DNA from: a virus
Lineage: Duplodnaviria > Caudoviricetes
Virus record (IMG/VR): IMGVR_UViG_3300002055_000003
Span: 10,707-74,706 of that record
Length of the DNA: 64,000 nt
Reading direction: 5' to 3' (one strand)
In this document: one piece after another, positions 55,576-64,000 of the stretch
How the letters are laid out: each line of letters begins with the position of its first letter
How positions within the stretch are numbered: position 1 is the first letter of the stretch
Translations under genes and position numbers: made by a program
The notes under the pieces: generated by a model
Seen by the model: the letters and a program-made list of their open reading frames with translations, nothing else
The model's database searches: none
Told to the model about the DNA's origin: nothing

Positions 55576-58014
55576 ATGGCTGCTATTAAACTAATTTTAA
55601 AAATCGATGGTCCTCACGTAATTAATGATCTGGGACTTACCATTGATGGTGTCATAGGTGATGTATACAATCTCATTGATGAACGTGCAGAAGACGTATC
55701 GACTTCTACTGACTTGCAAGATGCTGTAGTAGCTGGAGCATTTGTTGTACTTGATCCTCGTGATCCTGCTGAAATAATTGAACTTAGTGCAGCAGAAAGT
55801 GCTGACGTTTTATTAAATCATAATCAAGTGCATTGGGGCGTTGTTGGTGGTAGGTTTGCTGGTTTAGATGACCCAAATACTGTTTTAACACAAGATCACG
55901 TTGTAACAATCGGACCCAGTGGAACCGCCGCCGTAGCACAACCACTATCTACTGTTCTCGCTGCAACAGATAATTCTGAAGCGATTCAGGATATCGTCGG
56001 TGATATGCTTTCAGACGAAGCAGATATTTCTTATGATGATGCCACTGGTAAATTAGACCTAGAAGATAGTTTTTTACGTAATGATGGTGATACTCTAGAT
56101 ACAGGAACTTTAACCGTTGCTTCAGGTGCTGCAATTGATATTGCTGCGGGTGGATCATTAACTGTACAGGATGCACCAACTGATCCAAAGGATGTTGCAA
56201 ATAAAGAATATGTTGATGCTCTTGCAAATGGTATGGACCACAAAGAATCTGTACAAGCAGCTTCTACTACAGACGTTGGTTTTACATTCACAGACAATGG
56301 CGGCGCTGGTGATACATTAGAAGCACCAGCAGCAGGAGAGACGATTGTTGATGGTGTTACGCTTGAAGACGGTGATCGTATTCTTATTAAAGATCAAGCC
56401 GACCCAACACAAAATGGTATCTATGTTGTTTCGGGCGCGGGCGCGGGCGATCCTACTGTATTAACACGCGCAGAAGATCAAGACGGTAGTTCTTCTAATG
56501 AAATTTCTGCTGGTAATACTACTTTCGTTGAGGGTGGTACTACAAACGGCTCAACTGGTTGGATTGTTACTGGCGACGGTGAATTAACTGTCAATACCGA
56601 TGATATTAATTGGACACAAAATAGTGGACAAGGCACATATAGTGGTGCAAACGGTGTTGCACTAAATGGAACAGAGTTTTCAGTAACTACTAGTAATGTT
56701 ACTCCTGCTGCTGGTACTGTAGAAGCAACCGATGAATTGATCATTGGTGATGCTTCGGATGGTGGTAATACAGCAAAAATCACGATTGGTGATGCTCTAG
56801 ATGATCTAGACGTTGTTAGTGGAATTTCTGGTAATGGGTTTGCTGTACGAACCGCCGATGATACCTACACAAATCGAGTTATTGCAGTAGAGCCAGCTGG
56901 TGATCTTGGTGGCCTCGTAATTGATAATGGTGATGGGGTCGCTGGTGATCCAATCATTGGATTAGATATTCAAAATACAGCATCCAATGATGCAGTAGAT
57001 AATAATGACCTTGTTATTGTTTATGATGTTACTGCACAAGAAAATCGTACATATACAATTGCAGAAATTGCAAATTCAGCTTCTTCTGATACTTTTAAAA
57101 CATGGACAGGCGCAGGAAACACAACTGGAGATGCTAGTGTTGTTGCTGTTGGTGGTTCTGATGAAGTAACTATCACTGGTGATGCAGGAGTTAATATAGA
57201 CTTAGATAGTGCAACACAAACAGTTACTTTTAGCATGACTGGAAATGGTTTAACTTCTTCAACTGGAGTTGCTGGAACTGATGAAATTGTTGTTTTTAAT
57301 CCAACTACGGGCGCTCCAGAATCAATCACCTTAGATGCATTAGTAGATGATCTAGATTTAGTTACTAGTGTTTCTGCCTCTACTGTAGCTGGGCAAGAAG
57401 GAATTGTTATTGATGATACCGATCCAGCTGCACCAATTGTTGGACTTGATATTGACGGTTTAACCGATTCGACTGACAATCTAGCTGCCGCCGATGAATT
57501 TGTTATGAATGACGGAACCAATAATGTTTCTGTTAGTGGTCAACAGCTTGCCGATGGTGTCGCTGATATTCTTGGCCTTCCTGAAATAACTGCCTCGGTC
57601 ATAAACGGACAACCAGTTGTAACTGTTACTGATTCGACTCGTGGTGATAAGCAGTTATCTATTGATTCTAACTCTTATTTGTGGTCCGAAAATTCTCTGG
57701 GCAATAATGACTGGGTGCAAATTGCGGGCGCAGGAGATGCAGATTCTGGTTATATCATGCCTCTAGACGGCACTATTGTAATGGCAACTGCTCATTGCGA
57801 GAATGCAAATAACGCAAGCACTATTAATATTTACAACGGAGCTTCTACTACACCAGTAGCTGCTGCTGGTAGTTTTACAGCCAGTGCCAATGCTCAATTC
57901 GTAAATACTACATTGAATCTTGATGTTGCACAAGGAGATCGTATTCGTCTCCGTAATGTTGGTGGGCAGATACAAGATACTGTTATTACATTATACATTA
58001 AATGGCGTGCATAA
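55576..58014 (+). CDS. Fibre/head-decoration protein (812 aa)
   Basis: Widespread module GMDHKESVQAA...DGVTLEDGDRILIKDQ...QNGIYVV...FVEGG; DVANKEYVD motif; Asp/Gly-rich stalk; jelly-roll-like tip. Confidence 0.75.
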   Translation: MAAIKLILKIDGPHVINDLGLTIDGVIGDVYNLIDERAEDVSTSTDLQDAVVAGAFVVLDPRDPAEIIELSAAESADVLLNHNQVHWGVVGGRFAGLDDPNTVLTQDHVVTIGPSGTAAVAQPLSTVLAATDNSEAIQDIVGDMLSDEADISYDDATGKLDLEDSFLRNDGDTLDTGTLTVASGAAIDIAAGGSLTVQDAPTDPKDVANKEYVDALANGMDHKESVQAASTTDVGFTFTDNGGAGDTLEAPAAGETIVDGVTLEDGDRILIKDQADPTQNGIYVVSGAGAGDPTVLTRAEDQDGSSSNEISAGNTTFVEGGTTNGSTGWIVTGDGELTVNTDDINWTQNSGQGTYSGANGVALNGTEFSVTTSNVTPAAGTVEATDELIIGDASDGGNTAKITIGDALDDLDVVSGISGNGFAVRTADDTYTNRVIAVEPAGDLGGLVIDNGDGVAGDPIIGLDIQNTASNDAVDNNDLVIVYDVTAQENRTYTIAEIANSASSDTFKTWTGAGNTTGDASVVAVGGSDEVTITGDAGVNIDLDSATQTVTFSMTGNGLTSSTGVAGTDEIVVFNPTTGAPESITLDALVDDLDLVTSVSASTVAGQEGIVIDDTDPAAPIVGLDIDGLTDSTDNLAAADEFVMNDGTNNVSVSGQQLADGVADILGLPEITASVINGQPVVTVTDSTRGDKQLSIDSNSYLWSENSLGNNDWVQIAGAGDADSGYIMPLDGTIVMATAHCENANNASTINIYNGASTTPVAAAGSFTASANAQFVNTTLNLDVAQGDRIRLRNVGGQIQDTVITLYIKWRA

Positions 58015-58040
58015 TTATTTTTTATTAATTATAAAAATAA

Positions 58041-58062
58041 AAGGCTTCTTCGGAAGCCTTTT
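58041..58062 (+). terminator. Intrinsic terminator
   Basis: AAGGCTTC-TTCG-GAAGCCTT followed by TT. Confidence 0.88.
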
Positions 58063-58109
58063 ATGATTGCATAACACTAAATACAAATATAATTTAGGTT
58101 AAGTCGAAT

Positions 58110-58445
58110 ATGCTAATAATTGAAAATGTATCAGGTGTAAACTTAGATATTGATGATCTTGGTTTATCAATAGAACCAAATGCCACAGTTGATCTTACTT
58201 TAGAGTCATCATCTCGTGATGTTGCAGCAAGTGGGGTTGTTGGTGGTGGATTATATGATTTTATTTCTAGTGGAAATATTGTAGTTAAAGACCCATCAAA
58301 TATTACGATTAATTTATCCATACAAGAGGGTATTTCTGCGATACGAACTCATAATGATACCCATTATCGTATGCCACCCGGTGGACGCATTGCAGACGCA
58401 ATTGATGTTGATTTATCATCACCGGGAACGTTTTTAAGATGCTGA
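58110..58445 (+). CDS. N-terminal fragment of a split fibre gene
   Basis: IDDLGLSI...VVKDP...THNDTHY matches the N-terminus of 55576; ends by TGA where the +1 frame opens. Confidence 0.65.
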   Translation: MLIIENVSGVNLDIDDLGLSIEPNATVDLTLESSSRDVAASGVVGGGLYDFISSGNIVVKDPSNITINLSIQEGISAIRTHNDTHYRMPPGGRIADAIDVDLSSPGTFLRC

Positions 58446-60489
58446 TGGCACTACTAATATTAAAGTTGATAATAATATTGCTGTAAATTTACCAATAATT
58501 ACCTATGAAGTCAATGGTACTCAAGTTGCTCGAATGTTTGAAGGTTCAACAGAGTTCTTAACTTATGTAGATATGATAGTTGGTTCGGAAACGGAACCAG
58601 CTATTCGTTTTGGTGACAGCAATACTGGACTGTTTGCGGCTGGTGCTAATACACTTGATTTTGCAACTAACGGAAGTCGAGTAGCACAATTTAGCACTAA
58701 TGGATTATCGTTATATAGTTCATTAGAGTCGGCTACGCCCGCCATCGTGTTTATTAATGATAGTGCAGCAGGAAATGCAGCATCTATTAGACAAAGCGAT
58801 GGTGGACTACAGCTAACAGGAACGGGTGGTGCTCAAGATCAATTATTGTTGGTAGACGGTCCAACAATGGATGTTATATTTGGTGGTTATCCAAACACTA
58901 GAAGTGATGGCGATACACCCGATACGGTATTGTATACAAACGTTGATGGTAGATTGCAAGCAGGTAATTTAAATCGCGTTAAGACTACTGGTGATGTGAT
59001 GACTGGACCTCTTCAGTTTATCGATGGTGACGAAAACAATTTAGCATTTAATTTCACAAATCGTACAGATTCTGGATTTTACGCTACAGCGTTTGGTAAC
59101 ATTTTTGCATCTGTTCGTGGTGAAACTGTTGCATCATTTAGAACTAATGGGATGCAACTATTCAGCAGTGATGAATCAGACTCATCACCGACATTAGTAT
59201 TTTCTAATTCTTCTACTGGCGCTAATGATGATCAAACTCGCAATGCTTCGATTACATTTGTAGAAGGTGCTTTAGATTTATCTGCTAACATAGATAATAA
59301 TGGTCAATTGGTATTATTAGCTGATGACACTACAAAAGAAATTAGACTTGGTGGGTATTTTGATACCAGAGATGACGGACCAACAAAAAATGCTCTATAC
59401 ACCGATGATACAGGATTGATTCAACATGGTCCAATTGGTCTTGAATTAGAAGACTTAACAAATACAGATTTAACTATCACTGATCCTGACGCCAGAACAC
59501 TCGGCGTTGATTCAAATGGTAATGTGGTATACAGAGATTCAATTGGAACTCCTCCTCCAACTGTAAATGTTGGATTGAAATATACACAATACGACGAACA
59601 GCCCACGAATGGGTTATATGCGGAAATCCTTTCTATAGTTAACAACACTGGAAGTGTGGTTACTGCGACTGGTACAGTTGATGCTGTTGGTGATGTAACA
59701 GGCGGCGTAGGTCTCACCGACAATAACAAAACAAATGGATGGACTGGTGGATTTTATTTAGACACACCGACCACATTATCATTAAGTACAACATCTGATG
59801 ATTTTAGCTTTATTGTTATTGATGGTAGTGTTGTTGTTGATAATGGCGGATTTCATGGAGATGAAACTGAAACGGGTAATGTCACATTAACCAAAGGTTG
59901 GCATAGCATTGCTGCTTATTATGGGAATGCTGGTGGTGGTGGAGTATTTTCATTTACTGGTTTGGATGGTCTTTTATTTGTTCCAGAGTTTGAACAACCA
60001 CAAAGTGATGTTCAAACTGTTTTGTCAGCTCTTGATTTATTACTGTGGAGAGATAGCTTCACTCACAAACTTTCAGATGGACCATTAATTAACAACGATG
60101 CTGCTAACGTCTTTTATGATGCATTGACGTTAGTATCTAATATCCCGGCAGATGGACAATATTTAATATCGATAGATTATACTTGGTCGTATAATATAGC
60201 AACCGCAGATTTTATATCCAGAACTCTTGTCGATGGCGTGAAAGTGTTAAAACATAGACAAGAACCAAAAGATGTTGGTGGTGGAGCAGACGTTAGTGGT
60301 GGTCAACCAACACTACACGGAACTACTGCAACAATTGGTACTAACCAAATGTACGGTTATTCACAATCTCAAATAGTAACATTAACAGCAGGTTCACACA
60401 GCGTCGTTGTTGAAATTGGCTCAGATGCTGGTGGGAATGAAGCGACTATACATTGTGGAGAAATACGAATTCAACGGTGGACAGCATAA
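58438..60489 (+). CDS. C-terminal part of the split fibre gene: fibre repeats, PA14 domain, jelly-roll tip (track start ATG 58534)
   Basis: Frame open from GAT 58438 (DADGTTNIKVD...). PA14-like GFYL...SDDFSFIVIDGSVVVDNGGFHG...LTKGWHSI...YGNAGG. No SD before ATG 58534. Confidence 0.7.
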   Translation, partial: DADGTTNIKVDNNIAVNLPIITYEVNGTQVARMFEGSTEFLTYVDMIVGSETEPAIRFGDSNTGLFAAGANTLDFATNGSRVAQFSTNGLSLYSSLESATPAIVFINDSAAGNAASIRQSDGGLQLTGTGGAQDQLLLVDGPTMDVIFGGYPNTRSDGDTPDTVLYTNVDGRLQAGNLNRVKTTGDVMTGPLQFIDGDENNLAFNFTNRTDSGFYATAFGNIFASVRGETVASFRTNGMQLFSSDESDSSPTLVFSNSSTGANDDQTRNASITFVEGALDLSANIDNNGQLVLLADDTTKEIRLGGYFDTRDDGPTKNALYTDDTGLIQHGPIGLELEDLTNTDLTITDPDARTLGVDSNGNVVYRDSIGTPPPTVNVGLKYTQYDEQPTNGLYAEILSIVNNTGSVVTATGTVDAVGDVTGGVGLTDNNKTNGWTGGFYLDTPTTLSLSTTSDDFSFIVIDGSVVVDNGGFHGDETETGNVTLTKGWHSIAAYYGNAGGGGVFSFTGLDGLLFVPEFEQPQSDVQTVLSALDLLLWRDSFTHKLSDGPLINNDAANVFYDALTLVSNIPADGQYLISIDYTWSYNIATADFISRTLVDGVKVLKHRQEPKDVGGGADVSGGQPTLHGTTATIGTNQMYGYSQSQIVTLTAGSHSVVVEIGSDAGGNEATIHCGEIRIQRWTA

Positions 60490-61139
60490 TGGCTAATATT
60501 GATGTAATTTCTAGAACACCCGATGAAGATGGTGAATATGAATATAAACAGAATGTTCCAGAGGAACTGCACCCTATAAGTGATTGGGTACACAATCCTG
60601 ATTTATCATTGGTTGACGGGATATCACCTGAGTTTTGGATTTGGGATGGTACGAATGTAGTAGCAGCATCAGTCGAAGATATCTTTGGATTTACTCCAGA
60701 TTCAACTAATCCATCAAATTCAACTCCGGCGTTGGCCCCAGTATTTGTTATATGGGCTGAAGAAAATGGTGGCGTGTCTGTTGGAGCAACAAATTATGAA
60801 TTCTCTTATGGAAATGGTGCCACGAATACTACATCTGATCCTTCTGGCATTCCACTGGGTGTTAGAGCACGATTAATATCAATCGGAGTATCAGGAAACA
60901 CCACAAGCACTTCAGCAGCATCGGTAGCAATTTCTGTTACAAACAATGGAATTGTCGTAGCAACATCCGATGTTGCTACCGCATCAGGCACAACTGGTGC
61001 AAAAATACAAGTAACAACTGACGTATCTGACGACGATGTTATATTTGAAATAAATGATACGCTACAATTTAAGACTGCTACCGCAACAGGCTCTATAACC
61101 GACGTTCGTGTATTTGCATGGCTAGAGAGGATTCAATAA
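60489..61139 (+). CDS. Fibre-associated protein
   Basis: TAATG-coupled ATG at 60489; N-terminus paralogous to the next gene; C-terminal beta-sandwich. Confidence 0.7.
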   Translation: MANIDVISRTPDEDGEYEYKQNVPEELHPISDWVHNPDLSLVDGISPEFWIWDGTNVVAASVEDIFGFTPDSTNPSNSTPALAPVFVIWAEENGGVSVGATNYEFSYGNGATNTTSDPSGIPLGVRARLISIGVSGNTTSTSAASVAISVTNNGIVVATSDVATASGTTGAKIQVTTDVSDDDVIFEINDTLQFKTATATGSITDVRVFAWLERIQ

Positions 61140-61867
61140 TGACAACTAAGCAAGTAGTCAGTGTAATAAGAAAAACTCCAGATGAAAATGGTGTGTACCA
61201 TTTTATAGAAAACGTAAACCCAAAAAGGTTTGACACAAATGAGTGGAAAATCGATCCTTCAATTTCAGAAGAATTAAAGGAAGTGTCAACAAATTATTGG
61301 AAATATGTTGATGATTCTGTTGTTGAAATGACTAATGAAGAAAAAGCTGCTGTTGATTTAGCAATAACTGATGTTGAGGCAATGGAAAATGCTGAAAATG
61401 TATTTACAAGATCGTTTAACGGTTGCCGAATATATCTAATTCGCAAAGTTGGTTTTGCCCGAACGTGGAATTTATCATATGGTGCATCTTATATTCATTG
61501 GTCGAGTCAAATAAAACTTTCCAACATCTCTCATAGACTGAAAGGAATTGAACGCGCTGGTCGATTTAAATTAAAGAAAATTACTATGGATGGATTCTTT
61601 AGTACAAAATCAGAAACTAAAGTAATTCTACATGCAATCAAAGTCAAAAAGATTAAAGACTCGTATACTGCAAACAGTGAAGTGGTTTGGTCTTCTGATG
61701 AAATATCCAGTGTATCAACATACAATAGAGAATATGATTTTGTAATTCCAAATATACTTTTTATGGATGGCGAATCTTTAGCATTTGCTTGGGAACGAAC
61801 CGACACCGAAGGTGGAACTAGATACTTCTACTTCAATGATTTAAACATAACAATGGAGAAATTTTAA
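61139..61867 (+). CDS. Fibre-associated protein
   Basis: TAATG-coupled ATG at 61139; RKTPDENG...W...P...YWKY...VVEMTNEEKAAVD. Confidence 0.7.
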   Translation: MTTKQVVSVIRKTPDENGVYHFIENVNPKRFDTNEWKIDPSISEELKEVSTNYWKYVDDSVVEMTNEEKAAVDLAITDVEAMENAENVFTRSFNGCRIYLIRKVGFARTWNLSYGASYIHWSSQIKLSNISHRLKGIERAGRFKLKKITMDGFFSTKSETKVILHAIKVKKIKDSYTANSEVVWSSDEISSVSTYNREYDFVIPNILFMDGESLAFAWERTDTEGGTRYFYFNDLNITMEKF

Positions 61868-62712
61868 TGTCTGATTTATATTCAACATTTGAATTAAAGG
61901 CTCTAGCGCCATGTAATTTACCTGATTTTGCAGTAGATATGGAAGTTGGAGACACCATTGATGTTATTGAGGGTGGTGCTGATCTTGCGTATATTTCTGC
62001 AAGTGAGGAAGTGTTTGAGTTTATTAAAAACGGCACATTAGATTTAATATTACAACCAACAGACTTACGAATTAAAAAATATATTCGCCCTAATCAACCA
62101 ATTGATTCAACAGATTTTTCATTATTGGATTTAACGCCTGATCCTTGGATTATTTCTCGTGGCTCAAGAAACAAGCGCATATACCGAGGTCGTAATGATG
62201 AAATTGTTATCATTGATCAATACACGTATACGTATACTGACGAAGGTAGGTCTGTTGACGGATTTACCAGAGAAGTTCAATGGATTGATGATAATGGAGA
62301 TGTTGGTCACACTAAAGACACTTCAGGAATTATTAACCCAAAGCGCTTAAAACAACTTAATCGTGATTTACGTCAGGGACGAATTGACTATCTGGAAGCA
62401 AGTGCAGAAGAATTGCGATATATTGCTGAGTTATCACCGGAGCCGTATAAATCTCAATATCTGTTTATTGCAAACTCAATTGATTTGTTATTTTCTCATT
62501 ATTCTGAAGAGGTGTTTTCTTACATCAGTCGAGGTACTATTGATTTTGAAAATGCTATCATTAATGAATCAAATCCACAGATATTACAAATTTTAGCAAT
62601 TCCAGTTGCTCCACCAAGTCAATTCTATCCACAGGGTCTGACAGTAAGAACTTCATTTCTTTATCAAATGCGCGGCTGGATTGACGTAATTGGAGATACG
62701 CCCGGTACTTAA
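61867..62712 (+). CDS. Hypothetical virion-associated protein
   Basis: 281-aa ORF, TAATG-coupled, GGAGA SD. Confidence 0.7.
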   Translation: MSDLYSTFELKALAPCNLPDFAVDMEVGDTIDVIEGGADLAYISASEEVFEFIKNGTLDLILQPTDLRIKKYIRPNQPIDSTDFSLLDLTPDPWIISRGSRNKRIYRGRNDEIVIIDQYTYTYTDEGRSVDGFTREVQWIDDNGDVGHTKDTSGIINPKRLKQLNRDLRQGRIDYLEASAEELRYIAELSPEPYKSQYLFIANSIDLLFSHYSEEVFSYISRGTIDFENAIINESNPQILQILAIPVAPPSQFYPQGLTVRTSFLYQMRGWIDVIGDTPGT

Positions 62713-62765
62713 TGTAAAATTTGGTATTTCTCGACTAAATACTTAATATTTTAAGAGAGATTGAT

Positions 62766-64000
62766 ATGCGTTTAAATTTTCGCCACGGTATAGTTTCGAC
62801 TCAAGCTACCCCATTTTTATTCTATAATAGCAATGGAAACATTGATCTATTGGCGAATAATAAGCCTCTAACAATTACGGTCGCACACAAACATACAAAT
62901 TATTTACATTCTGAAGATAATACGGTTGTTGATGCATGGGAAAATACCTTTTCATCTACTCAAAATTATTGGCTTTATATTGAGTTTGATTCAAAAACTC
63001 TTGAAAGAACATTCGGGTTTACAGAAGAAGCTCCAGTAGCGCAAGCAATAGCGCCAACAAACCCAACATTAGAATCTACATGGTTTAATACTGATACCAA
63101 TGAACAATTTCGATGGATTGGCTCGGCGTGGGCATCAGTCATTAGAATTTTTATCGCGCGATTATATAACACGAGTTTTTTCTCAGTAAGTCAGGACAGT
63201 CCAGCATTTACCGGAACACAAATTGGCAACACTCAAAGTATATTAGCAGGAAGATTTTTATTTTCAGAATACGGAAATCCTGTAATTCGAAGTGATAAGA
63301 CTTTTTTTACAACTGAAGATCAATTTTTTACAAACCAATCTCAGGTTATTGGTGTTAGGTTAGAGGCCAATGTTACTACCGCAAAAAATGAATCTCAAAC
63401 ATTGGCACAATATCAAATAGTGTCACTTGATGATAATGGTGCTATTCAGACCGCACAATATGATGATACTGAAAATCGCGTCATTGCAGTAGTAACAGAA
63501 GATTTACTTCCGGGCGAAACTGGAAATATCATTTTACAAGGCACTGTCACAAATCCAAATTGGGATTTTTCTTCACTGTCAGCCGGAACTAGATTATGGG
63601 TAGATAATGGTGTTTTAGTTGATTCCGATCCACATGTGACAGATACTTCAACATATCCAACTGCGCAAGTGCCAGTTGCAAAAGTTCTTTCAAATGATAC
63701 TATTATATTCGATCAAGGTCTTGGTGGCGTAGGACCAAGAGGCCCAACTGGAAGCGTTGATAATCTTCCAGCAGCAAGCACTACATCATTGGGGGCAGTA
63801 GCTCTAAGTGTTCCATCGGCCACAGCAAATCAACCAATCGTTGTAGGGTCAAATGATCCACGCTTAGTGGGAGCACCATTCACTCCTGTTGGTCACACAC
63901 ATACTGCATCTGAAATATCAGTAACAACAGTAGGAAATGTATCCGCAGCAAATGTCCAACTTGCCATTGAAGAACTTGATACTGAAAAATTTAACATTTC
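62766..64000 (+). CDS. Tail-fibre-like protein, truncated by the right window edge; absent from the ORF track
   Basis: TAAATA at 62736-62741, GAGAGA SD, ATG 62766: MRLNFRHGIVSTQ...WFNTDTNEQFRWIGSAW...GPRGPTG...GHTHTASEI...VQLAIEELDTEK; open to the end. Confidence 0.82.
   Translation, partial: MRLNFRHGIVSTQATPFLFYNSNGNIDLLANNKPLTITVAHKHTNYLHSEDNTVVDAWENTFSSTQNYWLYIEFDSKTLERTFGFTEEAPVAQAIAPTNPTLESTWFNTDTNEQFRWIGSAWASVIRIFIARLYNTSFFSVSQDSPAFTGTQIGNTQSILAGRFLFSEYGNPVIRSDKTFFTTEDQFFTNQSQVIGVRLEANVTTAKNESQTLAQYQIVSLDDNGAIQTAQYDDTENRVIAVVTEDLLPGETGNIILQGTVTNPNWDFSSLSAGTRLWVDNGVLVDSDPHVTDTSTYPTAQVPVAKVLSNDTIIFDQGLGGVGPRGPTGSVDNLPAASTTSLGAVALSVPSATANQPIVVGSNDPRLVGAPFTPVGHTHTASEISVTTVGNVSAANVQLAIEELDTEKFNI

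Noticed and set aside
58431-58445. Programmed frameshift on the TTTTT run of the split fibre gene
   Set aside because: The target frame has TAA at 58435-58437, right after the run, so slippage there terminates; an indel explains it better.
1-64000. Alternative genetic code (TAG/TGA reassignment), as in some jumbo phages
   Set aside because: Core genes are full length in code 11, and TAG (6841) and TGA (39791, 47520) act as real stops.
55000-64000. Diversity-generating retroelement or invertase shuffling of fibre tips
   Set aside because: No reverse transcriptase or recombinase in the window; the paralogy is protein-level and diverged, with no near-identical TR/VR pair differing only at adenines seen.

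Overview
This window is an AT-rich, gene-dense segment of a T4-related jumbo myophage (distant Tevenvirinae relative with Rak2/XacN1-like gene order, by inference). It is read in standard code 11. From left to right it holds: (1) a leftward baseplate operon with a giant virion protein cut by the window edge, then gp6, gp25, a gp5-like spike, a hub carrying a C-terminal M15 peptidase, and gp53; (2) a rightward block with late sigma gp55, gp47/gp46 (Mre11/Rad50), a RuvC-like resolvase, PurN, a ~750-bp non-coding region, Pth2 and an Fe-S DinG-type helicase; (3) a gp26-like chaperone and a tape measure; (4) the head, neck, tail and packaging core (gp20, 67-like, 21, 22, 23, 13, 14, 15, 18, 4, 16, 19, 17); (5) an HD-kinase RNA-repair gene; (6) a cluster of modular fibre/decoration genes. 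Mobile elements are two LAGLIDADG inteins, both in Walker A loops (one has the class-3 WCT signature), and two free-standing zinc-ribbon-repeat nucleases. The ORF track misses three real coding regions: 1..3114, 23892..24137 and 62766..64000. The strongest second-look signals are: a -1 programmed frameshift cassette (C CCU UUA, 7-nt spacer, 9-bp stem) fusing the gp26-like gene to a start-less gp51-like frame; a catalytically dead terminase-ATPase paralog under a sigma70-type promoter directly upstream of the real terminase; a hairpin-rich ~550-nt ncRNA candidate preceded by a helically phased TAGACA array; and pervasive leaderless promoter-to-ATG architecture. No tRNA, rRNA, CRISPR array, integrase or reverse transcriptase was seen. 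All functional calls come from motif recognition by eye; no database searches were run.
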